From assembly GCA_963787445.1 (NCBI GenBank), contig CAWBCT010000005.1, forward strand, positions 64,001 to 128,000: DNA of 64,000 bases. The letters run 5' to 3'. The position numbers and the translations under genes were made by a program. Below, one piece after another: positions 11,067-19,819 of this stretch. Numbering within the stretch: position 1 is the stretch's first letter; each line of letters begins with the position of its first letter. The notes under the pieces are model-generated. The model was not told the origin of the DNA. It made no database searches and saw nothing but the letters and a program-made list of their open reading frames with translations. This DNA comes from an uncultured archaeon. GTDB taxonomy: Archaea; Micrarchaeota; Micrarchaeia; Micrarchaeales; CABMGC01.

Positions 11067-11841
11067 GTGAGCGAAGCGATCGAGGTGTTTCCGACGCCAA
11101 GTCCGAAAGTCCGAACTCGTGCCGATGGACCGGCCATGGGTTTGGCTTGCGGAAGGGTGGCGCGATCTGGTCCGCGCCCCCAGGGTCAGTTTGGCCTACG
11201 GCGTGGTGCTGGTGGTCCTGAGCTTCGTCATCACGCTGGGCTTCTACCTGGCCGACGCGCTCTATCTCCTGTTGCCGGCGACCGCGGGCTTCATGCTCGT
11301 CGCGCCGATCCTGGCGGTGGGCCTTTACGAGACCAGCCGACGGCTGGCGACCGGCGAGCCCATCTCGCTGGGCATCGCGATCGGCGCATGGCGGCGCAAC
11401 ACCAGTCAGATCGTGGCCTTCGGTCTGATCCTGATGCTGGCGCATCTATTCTGGATTCGCGTGGCGATGCTGCTTTATCCGCTGTTCTTCACCGGCGGCT
11501 ACCCGGCATCCAGCGACCTGATCTCGGTGGTGTTCTTTTCGCCGGTCAGCCTGCCCTTCCTGATCGTCGGCACGATCATCGGCGCCGGCCTCGCGGCATT
11601 GGTGTTCGCGGTCTCGGCCGTGTCGATCCCCATGCTGGTCGACCGCGAAGTCGGCGCGATCTCGGCCATCGCCACCAGCGTCGTGGCGGTGCGCGCCAAT
11701 CTCCGCGCGATGATGCTGTGGGCGGCGTTGATCGTGGGCTTCACCGCGCTGGGGCTGGCGCTGCTTTATGTCGGGCTGGCGGTCACGCTGCCGTTGATCG
11801 CCCATGCCAGTTGGCACTGCTACAAGGATTTGGTGGAATAG
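11067..11841 (+). CDS. DUF2189 integral membrane protein; probable GTG start at 11067 with an indel near 11114
   Basis: PWVWLAEGWRDL...GLYETSRR...PLIAHASWHCYKDLV; GGGAGG RBS precedes GTG 11067, whose N-terminus (MSEAIEVFPTPSPKVR) is out of frame by one base. Confidence 0.85.
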
Positions 11842-11847
11842 CGCGGC

Positions 11848-12616
11848 TCAGCCGAGGGCCCGCAGGGCCAGGAATCCGAGAAAGCCCGCATTGCCCAGCA
11901 TGAGCGGGATACCGATGGCGCGCGCGGCACGAGGCGCGCGGCGGCCAAAGAACACGCCGATATGGCCGACCAGGACCAGGCTGGGCACCGTTCCCAGCAC
12001 GAAGGCGGCCATGGCCATCGCGCCGCGCCAGGGTCCGCCGCTGCCCGCCGCCGCGCCGAGCGCTCCCCAAAGCAGGCCGCACGGCAGGAATCCGAGCAGG
12101 ACGCCCAGGGCATAGCCGCGCCAGCCGCCGGGTCGCGCCAGCAAGGGCCGAACCAGGCGGGTGAGCGGCGCCGCCAGCGGATTGGCGCCGCGTCCGGTCG
12201 CCAGGCCGATCCGGCGCAAGAACTCCCGACAGGCCTTGGGCGAGGAACACCAAGGCGGCGATGCCGAGCAGCAGGGCGGGCAGCCAGCGATAGCCGCTGA
12301 CGAAGACCGCCAGGCCGGTCGCTCCGCCGACCAGCGCGCCGAGGCCGACATAGGTGGTGAAGCGGCCCAGATGGTAGGGCAGCAGGAAGGCGCGGACGAG
12401 CCGCCGCCCTTCGCCGAGTCCGGGCCGGTTCAGCGTGGCACTGTCGGCGCTGACCTGGGCGAGGACAAACGGCCCGCACATGCCGGCGCAATGGGTGAGG
12501 CCGCCCAGCAATCCCGCCATGAACAGGATCGGCGCCGCGCCGGCGACGCCCAGCCAATGGCTCAGTCCGACCAGCCAGGGATGCGACGAGCAATAGGCGT
12601 TCAAGACGTCGATCAC
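11848..12616 (-). CDS. DsbD_2 / TauE-SafE-like membrane protein (cco-associated), frameshifted near 12227
   Basis: GLTHCAGMCGP and YHLGR are in one frame; GFLPCGLL and MAAFVLGTVP are in the next. Confidence 0.85.
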
Positions 12617-12688
12617 GATCCCGCCCTCAGGAAACCCGAAAACCGCCAACAGGAATTGACGATATAGGGTCGCGCGGCAGGGACCTCA

Positions 12689-12702
12689 TTGATTTTCGTC
12701 AA
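12689..12702. promoter_or_regulatory. FNR/FixK-like box
   Basis: TTGAT-TTTC-GTCAA (1 mismatch), upstream of the DsbD_2-like gene. Confidence 0.65.
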
Positions 12703-12795
12703 CGCGGTACTGGACGACGGGACCCCGCCGCGGCGGTTCCTTGCCAAGGCGGGAGGAGCCCGGGCCCGGGGCGCGATCGTTGAACCGCTCCAAGT

Positions 12796-12809
12796 TTGAC
12801 TTCGATCAA
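12796..12809. promoter_or_regulatory. FNR/FixK-like box
   Basis: TTGAC-TTCG-ATCAA (1 mismatch), ~75 bp upstream of the first 2OG oxygenase ATG. Confidence 0.65.
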
Positions 12810-12884
12810 TGCCCTGACGACCGATCGGTGCGAATAGCCGGATGTGCAATTCAAGAAATCGCTTTCTCGAATCGATCGTTGCTT

Positions 12885-13532
12885 ATGAGTTTTCTCGATC
12901 TCGCCCGCTTGGCCGACATCCCTTTGACGCGTCAGCCCTTCGACCATCTCGTGGTGCCGAACCTGATCGCGCCTGACGCGGTGCGCCGGATCATCGCCGA
13001 TTTTCCTGACATCCCGGGGGCGGGGCTGATGCCGCTGTCGGCGTTGCATTACGGCGGCGCGTTCGCCGAACTGGTCGAGGAAATCCAAGGCCCGGCGCTG
13101 ACCGAGGCGTTCTCGGCCAAGTTCGAACTCGATCTGACGCGCCGGCCGATGATGGTTACCGTGCGCGGCCGCAGCCGGCGGAAGGACGGCCGGATTCACA
13201 CCGACAGCGAGTCGAAGGTGATTTCGGCGCTGATCTATCTCAACGAGCACTGGGATGAGGATGGCGGCAGGTTCCGCATCCTGAACGGCCCCGACGATGT
13301 CGACGACTTCGCGGCGGAGGTCGCGCCCGAGGCCGGCACGCTCGCAGCGTTCCGGCGGACGGACAATTCCTACCACGGACACCGCCCCTTCGTCGGCGTC
13401 CGCCGCTACGTGATGTTCAACTGGATGGTCGACCAAGCCGCCGTGACGCGCGAACTGGCCCGCCATCGCCTGTCGGCCCAGGTGAAGCGCCTGGGCTTCC
13501 TGTCGCGGTTGGTCGAGGCCGGATATCGATGA
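12885..13532 (+). CDS. 2OG-Fe(II) oxygenase family protein
   Basis: PFDHLVV, HxD (IHTD), LIYLN..W, distal H (SYHGH) and R (GVRR). Confidence 0.85.
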   Translation: MSFLDLARLADIPLTRQPFDHLVVPNLIAPDAVRRIIADFPDIPGAGLMPLSALHYGGAFAELVEEIQGPALTEAFSAKFELDLTRRPMMVTVRGRSRRKDGRIHTDSESKVISALIYLNEHWDEDGGRFRILNGPDDVDDFAAEVAPEAGTLAAFRRTDNSYHGHRPFVGVRRYVMFNWMVDQAAVTRELARHRLSAQVKRLGFLSRLVEAGYR

Positions 13533-14191
13533 CTGCCGCCTCGCCCGCCCTCAAATCCCACCTGCATCGCGTCTTCGCGACCGCCGACCGACATGAGACG
13601 CCCTTCCGCTATTGGCTGCTCGCGGATGTGTTGCCCGCGGCGACGGCGCGCGCGGTGACCGCCCTGCCCTTTGCTCCGCCGGAGGTCGGCGACAGCCAGG
13701 GCCGGCGGGAAACGCACAATGCGTCGCGCATTTTCTTCGCGGCCGATAAAGGCGCGCTATTTCCCGTCGTCGATGCGGTCGCCGCGGCATTCCAGGACGA
13801 CGAAACCGTCGACAGGATCGAGTCATGCTTCGGCCTGTCCCTGGCCGGCAGTTTTCTCCGCATCGAATACTGCCAGGACACCGAAGGATTCTGGCTCGAA
13901 CCGCACACCGATATCTCCGCCAAACTGTTCACCATGCTGGTCTACCTGTCGAGCGGTCCCGAGGCGGAGGACTGGGGCACGGACCTCTACGACGCCGCGT
14001 TGCACCCGGCGGGACGGTCGCCCGGCGGCTTCAATAAGGGCCTGATCTTCCGGCCCGCCGGCGACACCTGGCACGGCTATGCCAAACGGCCGATGCGCGG
14101 GATCCGGAAATCGCTCATCATCAATTATGTCAAGGCGGACTGGCGCGCGCGCCAGGAACTGTGTTTTCCCGATCGGCCTTGCCTGGCCTGA
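13529..14191 (+). CDS. 2OG-Fe(II) oxygenase family protein
   Basis: LEPHTD, LVYL, GTDLY, TWHG, RKSLIINY; ATGA overlap with the upstream oxygenase. Confidence 0.85.
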   Translation: MTAASPALKSHLHRVFATADRHETPFRYWLLADVLPAATARAVTALPFAPPEVGDSQGRRETHNASRIFFAADKGALFPVVDAVAAAFQDDETVDRIESCFGLSLAGSFLRIEYCQDTEGFWLEPHTDISAKLFTMLVYLSSGPEAEDWGTDLYDAALHPAGRSPGGFNKGLIFRPAGDTWHGYAKRPMRGIRKSLIINYVKADWRARQELCFPDRPCLA

Positions 14192-14434
14192 GGGCCAGAT
14201 TTTCCGGTCGGATCGCGGGAAGGTCCTTGTATCCGCCGCTTGGCGGACCCACTTAGCATTTGTTGAGTATGGCTCGTGGGGGGAAGTCAACCCGCGATGC
14301 CGTCCGCGACTACAATTAATGTTTTTAATTGACTCAAGATTTTCTATTTTTAGTAGTATTTTGGTAATCGGACCGGGTCATACGATTGGGGATAGCCAGG
14401 TTTGACGGCCCGGAGGGGGGGGGTCGGACATCCA

Positions 14435-15017
14435 ATGGACATGGAGACCAACGCGACCTCTCGGCAGAAGGCGGGAAGGCATGGTCATTTCGATGGCACC
14501 GTACCCGTCGGGAGCGGCTTGCCGGCCGGGAACGAGGGTGCTCCAATTCAGCACGAGGCGGCGCCGCACTTTTTAAGATCGACGTACTGGCTTTTTCGGC
14601 GGCTCGAACCGATGCGCCTCAAGGCAATTCCCATAGTGGTTCTGGTGGTGGGACTGGCGCTCACTCTGATCGCCTTCCAGGAGGCGAAGCGTGTCGACGA
14701 GGAAAGGGTTAGCAATCTTCTGGAACTGCGCGCCGCTTGGCGCGTCCGCGATTTCGAAAACAAGATTCTCGAATTGTCGCTCCCGGTCGAATCGCTGGCG
14801 ACCTTCGTCGCGACGCGCGAGCATCTCGACGCGGCCGAGTTTCACAAGTTCGCTTTTGCCGCGCGAGGCGCCGATCCCATCGTCCGCCTTGCCTGGTCGC
14901 CGCTCGTTTCCGGCGATCGGCGTGGCGAATTCGAGGACATGGTCCGCCGGGCCGATGCCGCGTCCGACTTCGCGATCTCGGAGCTCGATGCGAGCGGCCG
15001 ACTGGTGCCGGCCGGTG
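14435..15017 (+). CDS. CHASE-domain sensor protein, truncated at the junction
   Basis: One TM followed by EFHKFA...LAWSPLVSGDRRGEFE...FAISELDASGRLVPA, which resembles a CHASE N-terminus; breaks into unrelated DNA. Confidence 0.75.
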
Positions 15018-15025
15018 GGTTATCT
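15012..15025. other. Junction between bacterial and archaeal sequence
   Basis: Abrupt change in GC and codon usage (GCG/CGC-rich to ATA/AGG/AAG-rich); the ORFs on both sides are truncated mid-domain. Confidence 0.9.
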
Positions 15026-15305
15026 CCCTGGTCCCCTTGATCTCTGCGAGGTTTTCCTGCGTTATCCGCTTTAGCGTCTGGGGATTTATCTTCCAGCCGT
15101 TCTTCCTGATGACCCGGTTGAGGTAAGTCTCCTCTTTTATCTTTCCGTGAAAAAGCGCCTCAAGGTCCTTGCCCCTTATCTTCTCGTGGACTGTTTCGGC
15201 ATCAACGCCTAGAAGTTCGCCCAGCCTCCTCTCTACCTCGAGCAGGCCCGTCAGATACACCTCGCCGACATCGAAAATTATCGTATTTATCATTTCCATC
15301 CCCAT
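15018..15305 (-). CDS. HAD-superfamily hydrolase, 3' truncated at the junction
   Basis: MINTIIFDVGEV (HAD motif I), cap-domain-like helices and GTREI, then reads into bacterial DNA. Confidence 0.75.
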
Positions 15306-15412
15306 TACGGACTGGAATCATTAACTCTATAAAGCGTTCCTACTAAACGCTTTACGGCAATACAAAATTGCGGAGATAAAAGGCTTATAAATAAGTATTC
15401 GGTATCTTTAGC

Positions 15413-16732
15413 ATGCAAAAGAGTCCAAGCATAAGCCCCCTCCTGGCCACGGCGGTAAGCCTAGGGGCGATAATAGGGGCGGGAATATTCGTGCTCAGCG
15501 GGACGGCCATCGCACTGGCGGGGAGCGCGGCGATAGCGGTATTCATAATAGTGGGAGTACTGGCGCTCATGATAGCCCTGCAGTCGGGAGAGCTCGCCTC
15601 CCTCTTTCCGGACTCAACGGGCTCTGTTTACACCTACGTCTACGAGGCCTTCGGAAGCGAGCTTGGGTTCATAACAGGGATAATCAGGTACTTCGGCGGC
15701 GCGACCTCGATCTCGGTGGTTGCCCTGGGCTTCGGCTCCTACCTTGCAAACATATTGGGATACGGCGGAGCATACCCGATCGGATTCGGGATAGGGATAA
15801 TAGTCGTGATAACGCTGGTCAACCTTTTTGGGATAAAGAAGGCCGCCAAGACCGACTTCCTGCTCGTCGCAACGAAGGTAGGAATACTCACGATCTTCGT
15901 GGCCTTCGCTCTTTATTACGCATTTTATCTCGGCCACTTCTCAGCCGGAAACTTCTCGCTGGCGGTGCCCAATGGCCTTCTTGGCGGATTCTTCGCGGCG
16001 GGCATTGCGGTCTTTTTCGCCTACTCGGGCTTCCAGACCATCACCAGCTTTACCAATGAGGTGAAGGGAGGGCCCAACGCCGCAGCTAGGGCGATAGCGG
16101 TCTCGGTGGTGATTAGCATGGTGCTCTATGTACTGATAGTGCTGGCGCTGCTGCTGCTTGCGCCGGCCTCATCCTATGCAATCAGCGCAGACCCGCTCTC
16201 GCTTGCGTTGCAGGCGGTTTCGGCTCCTGGCATCCTGATCCTGATAGTCGGGATAGGCGCCCTGGTCGCCACCACCTCAGCGGGAGTCGCGATGATGCTC
16301 AGCGCCTCCAGGAACGTCTACCAGATAAGCAAGGACAGGCTGCTGCCCAGGTTCCTGCGCGGATACAACGAGAAGCGGGAGGTTGCCGTCAACGGCGTTT
16401 TCCTTTCCGCATTCATAGCCATAGTGATGCTCTTCTCCGGGAACGTCTTCGTCATAGCGGCGATAGCAAACTTCGGGCTGATCTTCTCGTACATGATGAC
16501 CAGCCTTGCGCTTGTACACTTCAGAAGGGCGAAGAAGGAGGCGAGTTTCAGGTCGCCATTATATCCCTGGCTACCTGCCATCACCATCCTGGGGCTTCTG
16601 CTGATGTTCATCGGGATGCCTTCGGAATCGCTCGTGATAGGAGTGGTGATGGTGATAGGCCTCATCGTGGTCTACTACCTGCTGAGGGAGCTTGAGAACA
16701 AGAGGATAATCAAGGTGCGCCTGTTCGGCTGA
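15413..16732 (+). CDS. APC-family amino acid permease
   Basis: GAIIGAGIF, ELAS..P..G..Y, FFAYSGFQ, FRSPLYP; about 12 TMs. Confidence 0.92.
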   Translation: MQKSPSISPLLATAVSLGAIIGAGIFVLSGTAIALAGSAAIAVFIIVGVLALMIALQSGELASLFPDSTGSVYTYVYEAFGSELGFITGIIRYFGGATSISVVALGFGSYLANILGYGGAYPIGFGIGIIVVITLVNLFGIKKAAKTDFLLVATKVGILTIFVAFALYYAFYLGHFSAGNFSLAVPNGLLGGFFAAGIAVFFAYSGFQTITSFTNEVKGGPNAAARAIAVSVVISMVLYVLIVLALLLLAPASSYAISADPLSLALQAVSAPGILILIVGIGALVATTSAGVAMMLSASRNVYQISKDRLLPRFLRGYNEKREVAVNGVFLSAFIAIVMLFSGNVFVIAAIANFGLIFSYMMTSLALVHFRRAKKEASFRSPLYPWLPAITILGLLLMFIGMPSESLVIGVVMVIGLIVVYYLLRELENKRIIKVRLFG

Positions 16733-16849
16733 TCAGCTCTTCTGAAAGCTGGCCGGCGACCGTAGAAATCACGTTCCTGCTCTACCACCCATCTGACTGC
16801 CTTTTTATTCTTTTGGCGGCATATTACAAATCACGATGCAGGTGCGTGA

Positions 16850-17494
16850 TTGCCAAAAGGAGATAAGACTAGGGAAGAACGGCACATTAGTTTGAGGCTA
16901 GAGTCGCTCACGGACATGGTGTTCGGGCTCGCGCTTTCCATCGGGGCCGTGCTGCTAGCCATCTCGAACTCGGCGACAATCCCGGACATAGAGTCCAACA
17001 TGCTCTCCTTCGGGTTCAGCTTCCTGATACTTATCTTCGTCTGGATACGCTACACCAGTCTCATAGAGGTCCTGCCGGACTCGTTGCGCCAGAAGCGCAC
17101 AGTATTTTACATAAACGTGCTGCTCCTCTTCTTCGTCGCGATAGAGCCGTACCTGTTCAACATCCTCCACCTGAGCTCAACCCAGGCCCTCGCCTCCTTT
17201 GCGTCGTCCATGTACGCGCTGGACATCGGCGCCATAACCCTGATACTGTGGGTGCTGATACAGCTGCTGGTGAAGGAGTACAGGGACACCCACAGGGACC
17301 ACGTCCCGAGCGTCGGCCAGATGCGGATAGCATCGAGCAGCCTTGCCATGGCGGTGATGTTCTTCATCTCGGCAGCGCCCGTCTTCTGGGCAGTGCAGAT
17401 AGATGGGATCCCCACCAGGTTCGTGATCTGGGCGATTCTCATCCCGCTCATGCTGGTCGCCAGGAACAAGCGGCCCAGGAGAAGGGCAAGATAG
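16850..17494 (+). CDS. TMEM175-family (DUF1211) K+ channel homolog
   Basis: RLESLTDMVFGLALSI resembles the TMEM175 TM1 motif RLEAFSDGVFAIA; SFLILIFVW, NVLLLFFV. Confidence 0.75.
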   Translation: MPKGDKTREERHISLRLESLTDMVFGLALSIGAVLLAISNSATIPDIESNMLSFGFSFLILIFVWIRYTSLIEVLPDSLRQKRTVFYINVLLLFFVAIEPYLFNILHLSSTQALASFASSMYALDIGAITLILWVLIQLLVKEYRDTHRDHVPSVGQMRIASSSLAMAVMFFISAAPVFWAVQIDGIPTRFVIWAILIPLMLVARNKRPRRRAR

Positions 17495-17571
17495 AAAGGG
17501 CAGGGAGCAGGAAAACCGAATAATTCACTAAATATTATAAAGACTTAGATGGTATTATTTTGGGTAGTAGG

Positions 17572-17976
17572 ATGGGGGATAAAATAAAGACCAAATCTTT
17601 GAAGCAGACGGCGCTGTTCAGGGCGGCTCCTTCAGAAGTTTACGAGCTGATCATGGACTCAAAAAAGCATGCGGCTTTCAGCGGCGGCTCCGCAAAGATA
17701 AGCAGGAAGGTGGGCGGAAAGATTTCAGCCTATGACGGCTGGATAACCGGAAAGAACCTCAAGATTGTCCCAAACAGGAAGATAGTGCAGGAGTGGAGGG
17801 GCGATGACTGGCCAAAGGCACACTACTCAGTAGTTACGTTTGACTTCAGGAAGAGCGGGACAGGCACAAGACTGACGTTTACGCAGAAGGGCATCCCAGC
17901 CGTTGTTTACAACGACATAAAGGAGGGCTGGAGGGAGCACTACTGGTCGAAGATGAAAAATTACCTCGGTGAATAA
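17572..17976 (+). CDS. SRPBCC/AHSA1-like protein
   Basis: VGGKISAYDGWITG...KIVQEWR..W...GWREHYW. Confidence 0.88.
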   Translation: MGDKIKTKSLKQTALFRAAPSEVYELIMDSKKHAAFSGGSAKISRKVGGKISAYDGWITGKNLKIVPNRKIVQEWRGDDWPKAHYSVVTFDFRKSGTGTRLTFTQKGIPAVVYNDIKEGWREHYWSKMKNYLGE

Positions 17977-18002
17977 TCGTCTGCAGAGTCTGGGGTCTTA
18001 TT

Positions 18003-18719
18003 ATGAAACAACAGGAGAGGGTATTCCTAAATTCGGTGTTCTTCGTACTTGGCTTTACGGCAGTATTCTCGGTCGTGGGCATCCTGCTCCAGACTGTATT
18101 GCTCCACATCCCATTCGCAGCCAAGAACCTGCTGACGGTGGTTGGCGGAGTGATAATAATACTGTTCGGGATCATTCTGCTGGCCTCGGGCATGTACCTT
18201 CTGCCCATATTCTCCAGGACGTACAAGATAAACTTCAGGCGGCTGAAGAACAGCTTCGCCTCATCGTTCCTCTTCGGGATAGGCTTTGCGCTGGGCTGGA
18301 CGCCGTGCGTCGGGGCGATACTCGGCGCGATCTACACGCTTGCGGCCACCTCTCCGGGCATCGGGTTCCTGCTGCTTCTGGCGTTCTCGCTGGGCCTGGG
18401 CATCCCGTTCCTCATATTCGGCGCCTTCATCTCCAGGCTCTCCGCATTCATGAAGAGGATAGGCAGGTTCCTCAACTACTTCAACGTCATAGCCGGCCTC
18501 TTCCTCCTGGCCATAGGCGTGCTGGTGGTCACCGGCTACATAGGCCTCCTTGCGGTATTCCTGATAGGGCCGGGCTCGATGGCGGCGAGCAACCAGCTCA
18601 ACTTCCTGATAGCGCTTGTCGCAGGGGTGCTCACCTTCTTCTCCCCGTGCATACTGCCGCTGCTGCCGGCCTACGTCTCGTACATGGCAGGGACAACAAC
18701 TGAAGAGCTGAGGCCATGA
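18003..18719 (+). CDS. ccdA: CcdA/DsbD-beta disulfide transporter, circularly permuted
   Basis: GWTPCVGAIL lies mid-protein and AGVLTFFSPCILPLLPAY lies at the C-terminus; the latter is normally N-terminal. Confidence 0.88.
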   Translation: MKQQERVFLNSVFFVLGFTAVFSVVGILLQTVLLHIPFAAKNLLTVVGGVIIILFGIILLASGMYLLPIFSRTYKINFRRLKNSFASSFLFGIGFALGWTPCVGAILGAIYTLAATSPGIGFLLLLAFSLGLGIPFLIFGAFISRLSAFMKRIGRFLNYFNVIAGLFLLAIGVLVVTGYIGLLAVFLIGPGSMAASNQLNFLIALVAGVLTFFSPCILPLLPAYVSYMAGTTTEELRP

Positions 18720-19819
18720 GCGAAAACGAGAGCAAACAGAAGAAGGGAATGAACGTTTACGTTCTGGTGTTCGGGATAATAGTCGTGATCGTAGCCATAG
18801 CGGCGGCCTCCACGCTGGTGTTCAATAAAAATCTCGCATCGGTCTCGCTCAGCAACCTGAATAACTACGGACTGGCGCCGAACATTACAGGCGTCTCGCA
18901 GTGGATTAACTCTCAGCCGCTGACCATGCAGGGGCTGAAGGGCAAGGTCGTCCTGGTAGACTTCTGGACCTACTCGTGCATCAACTGCATCCGCTCGATA
19001 CCCTACCTGGAGGCGTGGCAGAAGGAGTACGGAAGCGACGGGCTGGTAATCATAGGCGTGCACACGCCGGAGTTCCAGTTTGAGCACAACTTCACCAACG
19101 TGGCGGAGGCGGTGAAGAGGTTCAACATAACCTACCCGGTGGTGCTCGACAACAATTACACAATATGGAATGCCTACAGCAACCAGTACTGGCCTGCCGA
19201 CTACCTGGTAGACAAGAACGGCTACGTGAGGTACTTGGCGCTGGGCGAGGGAGACTACAACCAGACCAACGCAATCATCAGGGAGCTTCTCGAGAATGCG
19301 AGCTACACGGTTCCGACTAGCCAGATCAACGTTACGAGCGCGACCAACTTCTCCCAGATCGGGAGCCCGGAAATCTACCTGGGCTACGCCGAGGCGGAGT
19401 CGAGGGGCGAGTCGCTGGGCAACCCGCAGGGCTTCTCGCCGAACCAGACGGTTAATTATACCGCGCCCGTCGTGAGCCAGAACAACACAGTCTACCTGTC
19501 GGGCAGCTGGTACAACGCACCCTACTACGTGGAGGCGACGGGCAACAGCTCCAGATTGTTCCTAATTTTCAAGGCGAAGAACCTGAATATCGTGGCGAGC
19601 GGAAGCGGGAGCCCGAGCAGGATAGCCCTAAGGCTCGACGGAGAGCCGCTGCCTGAAAACTACTTCGGCACCGATGTGGCTTCCTATAACGGCAGCGTGG
19701 TGAGCGAGGTGAACGGCTCTAGGCTGTACGACCTGGTCAACGCCCCGACCTACGGCTGGCACGAGCTAGAGATAGACGCGAGCCCCGGCCTGAGGATCTA
19801 CACATTCACTTTCGGCTAG
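18716..19819 (+). CDS. DipZ-like membrane-anchored thioredoxin with C-terminal beta domain
   Basis: N-terminal TM; KGKVVLVDFWTYSCINC...GVHTPEF; SPEIYLGY; RLYDLV...YTFTFG matches the DipZ C-terminus. Confidence 0.9.
   Translation: MSENESKQKKGMNVYVLVFGIIVVIVAIAAASTLVFNKNLASVSLSNLNNYGLAPNITGVSQWINSQPLTMQGLKGKVVLVDFWTYSCINCIRSIPYLEAWQKEYGSDGLVIIGVHTPEFQFEHNFTNVAEAVKRFNITYPVVLDNNYTIWNAYSNQYWPADYLVDKNGYVRYLALGEGDYNQTNAIIRELLENASYTVPTSQINVTSATNFSQIGSPEIYLGYAEAESRGESLGNPQGFSPNQTVNYTAPVVSQNNTVYLSGSWYNAPYYVEATGNSSRLFLIFKAKNLNIVASGSGSPSRIALRLDGEPLPENYFGTDVASYNGSVVSEVNGSRLYDLVNAPTYGWHELEIDASPGLRIYTFTFG

Noticed and set aside
29-14290. Many long overlapping Arg/Pro/Ala-rich ORFs (e.g. 3304-5010, 1468-2820, 7312-8556)
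   Set aside because: Shadow frames typical of high-GC DNA overlapping well-supported genes.
14709-15305. 198-aa ORF (and 14402-15040) as intact genes
   Set aside because: Both read through the junction and are chimeric translations.
16732-16851. Hairpins upstream of the TMEM175-like gene as a riboswitch
   Set aside because: Only short inverted repeats; no match to the fluoride or other riboswitch consensus that I can recognise.
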